A stretch of DNA of 64,000 nt from an uncultured Micromonospora sp. (lineage in GTDB: Bacteria; Actinomycetota; Actinomycetes; Mycobacteriales; Micromonosporaceae). The stretch's first letter is position 1. Every line of letters starts with the position of its first letter. Shown here in pieces: positions 61,559 to 64,000 of this stretch. The stretch lies in contig CALGAM010000133.1 in NCBI GenBank assembly GCA_937951935.1, forward strand, positions 1,543 to 65,542, written 5' to 3'. The notes under the pieces are model-generated. The model had not been told where the DNA came from, ran no database searches, and saw only the letters and a program-made list of their open reading frames with translations. The translations under genes and the position numbers were made by a program.

Positions 61559-62545
61559 GTGAATCGGATTCCCGGGCATCAACAGAAGCCTCGGCCCTCT
61601 GCCGTGGTCGCCGAGACGGCGTCCGCGTTGGCCGCGGCCGGGATCGAGCCGGCCCGCACCGAGGCCGAGCTTCTGGTGGCACACGTGCTCGGTGTGTCGC
61701 GGGCGGCCCTGCCGCTCGCCGGGCCGCTCGACGCGGCGCAGACGGACCGGCTCCGCGGGTTGGTGGCGCGGCGACTGCGCCGCGAGCCGTTGCAGCATCT
61801 GCTCGGCTCGGCGGCGTTCCGCTACCTGGAGCTCGCGGTCGGGCCGGGGGTCTTCGTGCCCCGCCCGGAGACCGAGCTGCTCGCCGGGTGGGGCATCGAC
61901 CAGGCGCGCGCACTGTGCCCGCCGGGCGGGCCCGCGCCGGCCGACGGTGCGGTGCTGGTGGTGGACCTGTGCAGCGGAAGCGGCGCCATCGCGCTCGCCG
62001 TCGCCGGGGAGGTGCGCGGGGCGCGGGTGATCGCGGTGGAGCGTTCCCCGGCGGCGCTGGCCTGGCTGCGGCGCAACGCCGCCGACCGGGTGCGGGCCGG
62101 GGATCCGCCGATCGAGGTGGTCGCCGGAGACGTCACCGATCCGGATCTGCTCGGCGAGGTGGCTGGTCGGGTGGACGTCCTGCTGTGCAACCCGCCGTAC
62201 GTGCCGGAGGGGACCACGGTGGCGCCCGAGGTCGCCGGGTACGACCCGGCGGAGGCGGTCTTCGGCGGCCCGGACGGGCTGGCGGTGATCCGGCACGTGG
62301 TGGAGCGGGCCGCCCACCTGCTGCGTCCCGGCGGCGTGCTGGGGATCGAGCACGACGACACCCACGGGACGGCGGTTCCGGACCTGCTCCGGGCGGACGG
62401 CCGGTTCACCGACGTCGCCGACCACCCGGACCTGGTGGGGCGGCCACGGTTCGCCACCGCCCGCCGGGCCGGCGGCGGTGTTCCGGGACCGGATCGCACC
62501 CGTGGCACGGCCGACCACCCGGCGTGGCAGACTGGCTCCTCGTGA
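61559..62545 (+). CDS. prmC: Release factor glutamine methyltransferase
   Basis: REPLQH, PRPETE, DLCSGSG, NPPY. Confidence 0.94.
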   Translation: MNRIPGHQQKPRPSAVVAETASALAAAGIEPARTEAELLVAHVLGVSRAALPLAGPLDAAQTDRLRGLVARRLRREPLQHLLGSAAFRYLELAVGPGVFVPRPETELLAGWGIDQARALCPPGGPAPADGAVLVVDLCSGSGAIALAVAGEVRGARVIAVERSPAALAWLRRNAADRVRAGDPPIEVVAGDVTDPDLLGEVAGRVDVLLCNPPYVPEGTTVAPEVAGYDPAEAVFGGPDGLAVIRHVVERAAHLLRPGGVLGIEHDDTHGTAVPDLLRADGRFTDVADHPDLVGRPRFATARRAGGGVPGPDRTRGTADHPAWQTGSS

Positions 62546-63186
62546 TGCTCTACGACTGCCGGTCCGTGGCGGACCGGGACCGAGGCATCGCCGCGGCGAT
62601 CGAGGCGGTCAAGAACGGTGAGCTGGTCGTGATTCCGACCGACACGGTCTACGGGATCGGCGCGGACGCCTTCACCCCGTACGCGGTCACGGCCCTGCTC
62701 ACCGCGAAGGGCCGCGACCGGCAGCAGCCGCCGCCGGTGCTGGTCGGCTCCCGGCGCACCCTCGACGGGCTGGTCTTCATGTTGCCGAGCGCGGCGCGGG
62801 ACCTCGCCGACGCGTTCTGGCCGGGTGCGTTGACCATCGTCGTCGAGCACTCGCCCAGCCTGCAGTGGGATCTCGGCGAGACCAACGGCACGGTGGCGGT
62901 CCGGATGCCGATGCACCCGGTCGCGCTGGAGGTGCTCCGCGAGACCGGGCCGATGGCGGTCTCGTCGGCGAACAAGACCGGCAGGCCCCCGGCGGTCACC
63001 GCCGAGGAGGCGCGCGACCAGCTCGGCTACTCGGTACGGGTGTACCTGGAGGCCGGGCCGTGCCCGGACCCGGTGCCGAGCACCATCGTCGACGTGACCG
63101 GCGAGGTGCCCCGGGTGCTCCGGAAGGGTGCCATCCCGATCGAGAAGCTTCGCGACGTGGTGCCGGACATCGAGGACGTGATCTGA
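62545..63186 (+). CDS. tsaC: L-threonylcarbamoyladenylate synthase (Sua5/YrdC)
   Basis: PTDTVYG, KGR, FWPGALT, SSAN, PSTIVD. Confidence 0.93.
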   Translation: MLYDCRSVADRDRGIAAAIEAVKNGELVVIPTDTVYGIGADAFTPYAVTALLTAKGRDRQQPPPVLVGSRRTLDGLVFMLPSAARDLADAFWPGALTIVVEHSPSLQWDLGETNGTVAVRMPMHPVALEVLRETGPMAVSSANKTGRPPAVTAEEARDQLGYSVRVYLEAGPCPDPVPSTIVDVTGEVPRVLRKGAIPIEKLRDVVPDIEDVI

Positions 63187-63815
63187 TGCCCCCCTTCACC
63201 GTGCTGCACGTCTGTATGGGCAACATCTGCCGGTCGCCGATGGCCGAACGGCTGCTCGCGCTCGCCGTACGGCGGCGGCTGGGCCGGCGGGCCGGCACCG
63301 GGGACGACCCGGTGGACGCCAGCGTCGCGGAGCGTCTGGTGTACAGCCACAGCGCCGGCACCGGAGGGTGGCACGCGGGGGAGGAGATGAACCCGCCGGC
63401 CGCCCGGCAGGTGCGGTCCCGGGGCGGCGACGCCGACGACTTCGCCGCCCGCAAGCTCCGCTCCGAGCACATCGACGCGGCAGACCTGGTGCTGACCGCC
63501 ACCGCCGACCAGCAGCAGTACGTGGTGGCGCTGCGTCCGGACGCCGCGCGTCGGACGTTCGTGCTGGGCGAGTTCGGCCGGCTGCTGGCCGGGATCGACG
63601 TCGCCGCCCTGCCCCCGGCCGGGGACACCCCGGAGGCGGTGTACGCCCGTGGCGTCGCCCTGGTCGAGGCGGTGAACGCCGCCCGGGGGAACGCCGCACC
63701 GCTGCCCAGCGACGATCTCGACGACCCGTGGGGTCGGGGCGAGCAGTGTTTCAGCCGGGTGGCGGACGAGATCGAGGAGACGGTCCAGCCGCTGGCGGCG
63801 GTCCTCCTGCCCTGA
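63186..63815 (+). CDS. Low-molecular-weight phosphotyrosine protein phosphatase
   Basis: VCMGNICRSPMAE P-loop, SAGT, DDPW. Confidence 0.92.
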   Translation: MPPFTVLHVCMGNICRSPMAERLLALAVRRRLGRRAGTGDDPVDASVAERLVYSHSAGTGGWHAGEEMNPPAARQVRSRGGDADDFAARKLRSEHIDAADLVLTATADQQQYVVALRPDAARRTFVLGEFGRLLAGIDVAALPPAGDTPEAVYARGVALVEAVNAARGNAAPLPSDDLDDPWGRGEQCFSRVADEIEETVQPLAAVLLP

Positions 63816-64000
63816 CGTCCCCGCGTCCGGCGGCCGGCGCGTCGCGCGTACCCACGTGGTACGTCGCCGGGAGCGGGTCGGTGCCGTGAGCCGAGGGGGT
63901 CAACCGGTTCGCCTGTTTCACTCCGATTCGTGAAATCCGCTCTGGATTGTTCCGAAACGGGAGTGGTGCGGGGCATCGCCCGGCAGGCTGGCGATCGAAC

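Overview
High-GC actinomycete DNA (gene order and content look Micromonosporaceae-like) with three parts. (1) ~1.2-24.4 kb: a compact, apparently uncharacterised 3,5-dihydroxyphenylglycine (Dpg) cluster. It contains dpgA, dpgB, dpgC (no dpgD), an HpgT-like transaminase, MbtH, one single-module NRPS (docking-C-A-PCP with an acidic C-terminal docking tail), a free thioesterase, a GNAT, two ABC export systems, a SARP, a two-component pair and an AlkZ-family DNA glycosylase. (2) 24.5-35.6 kb: a translationally coupled six-gene minus-strand operon (dynamin-like GTPase, large Hsp70/actin-fold ATPase, GrpE-like protein, membrane kinase, vWA, PP2C). It lies beside IS30 and serine-recombinase relics and tRNA-Arg(CCG), and is a candidate new conflict/defence system. 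(3) 35.8-64 kb: core genome (argS-lysA-hom-thrC-[RND, MFS]-thrB-rho-...-rpmE-prfA-GGDEF-prmC-tsaC-LMW phosphatase). All calls come from motif reading by eye; no database search was run.
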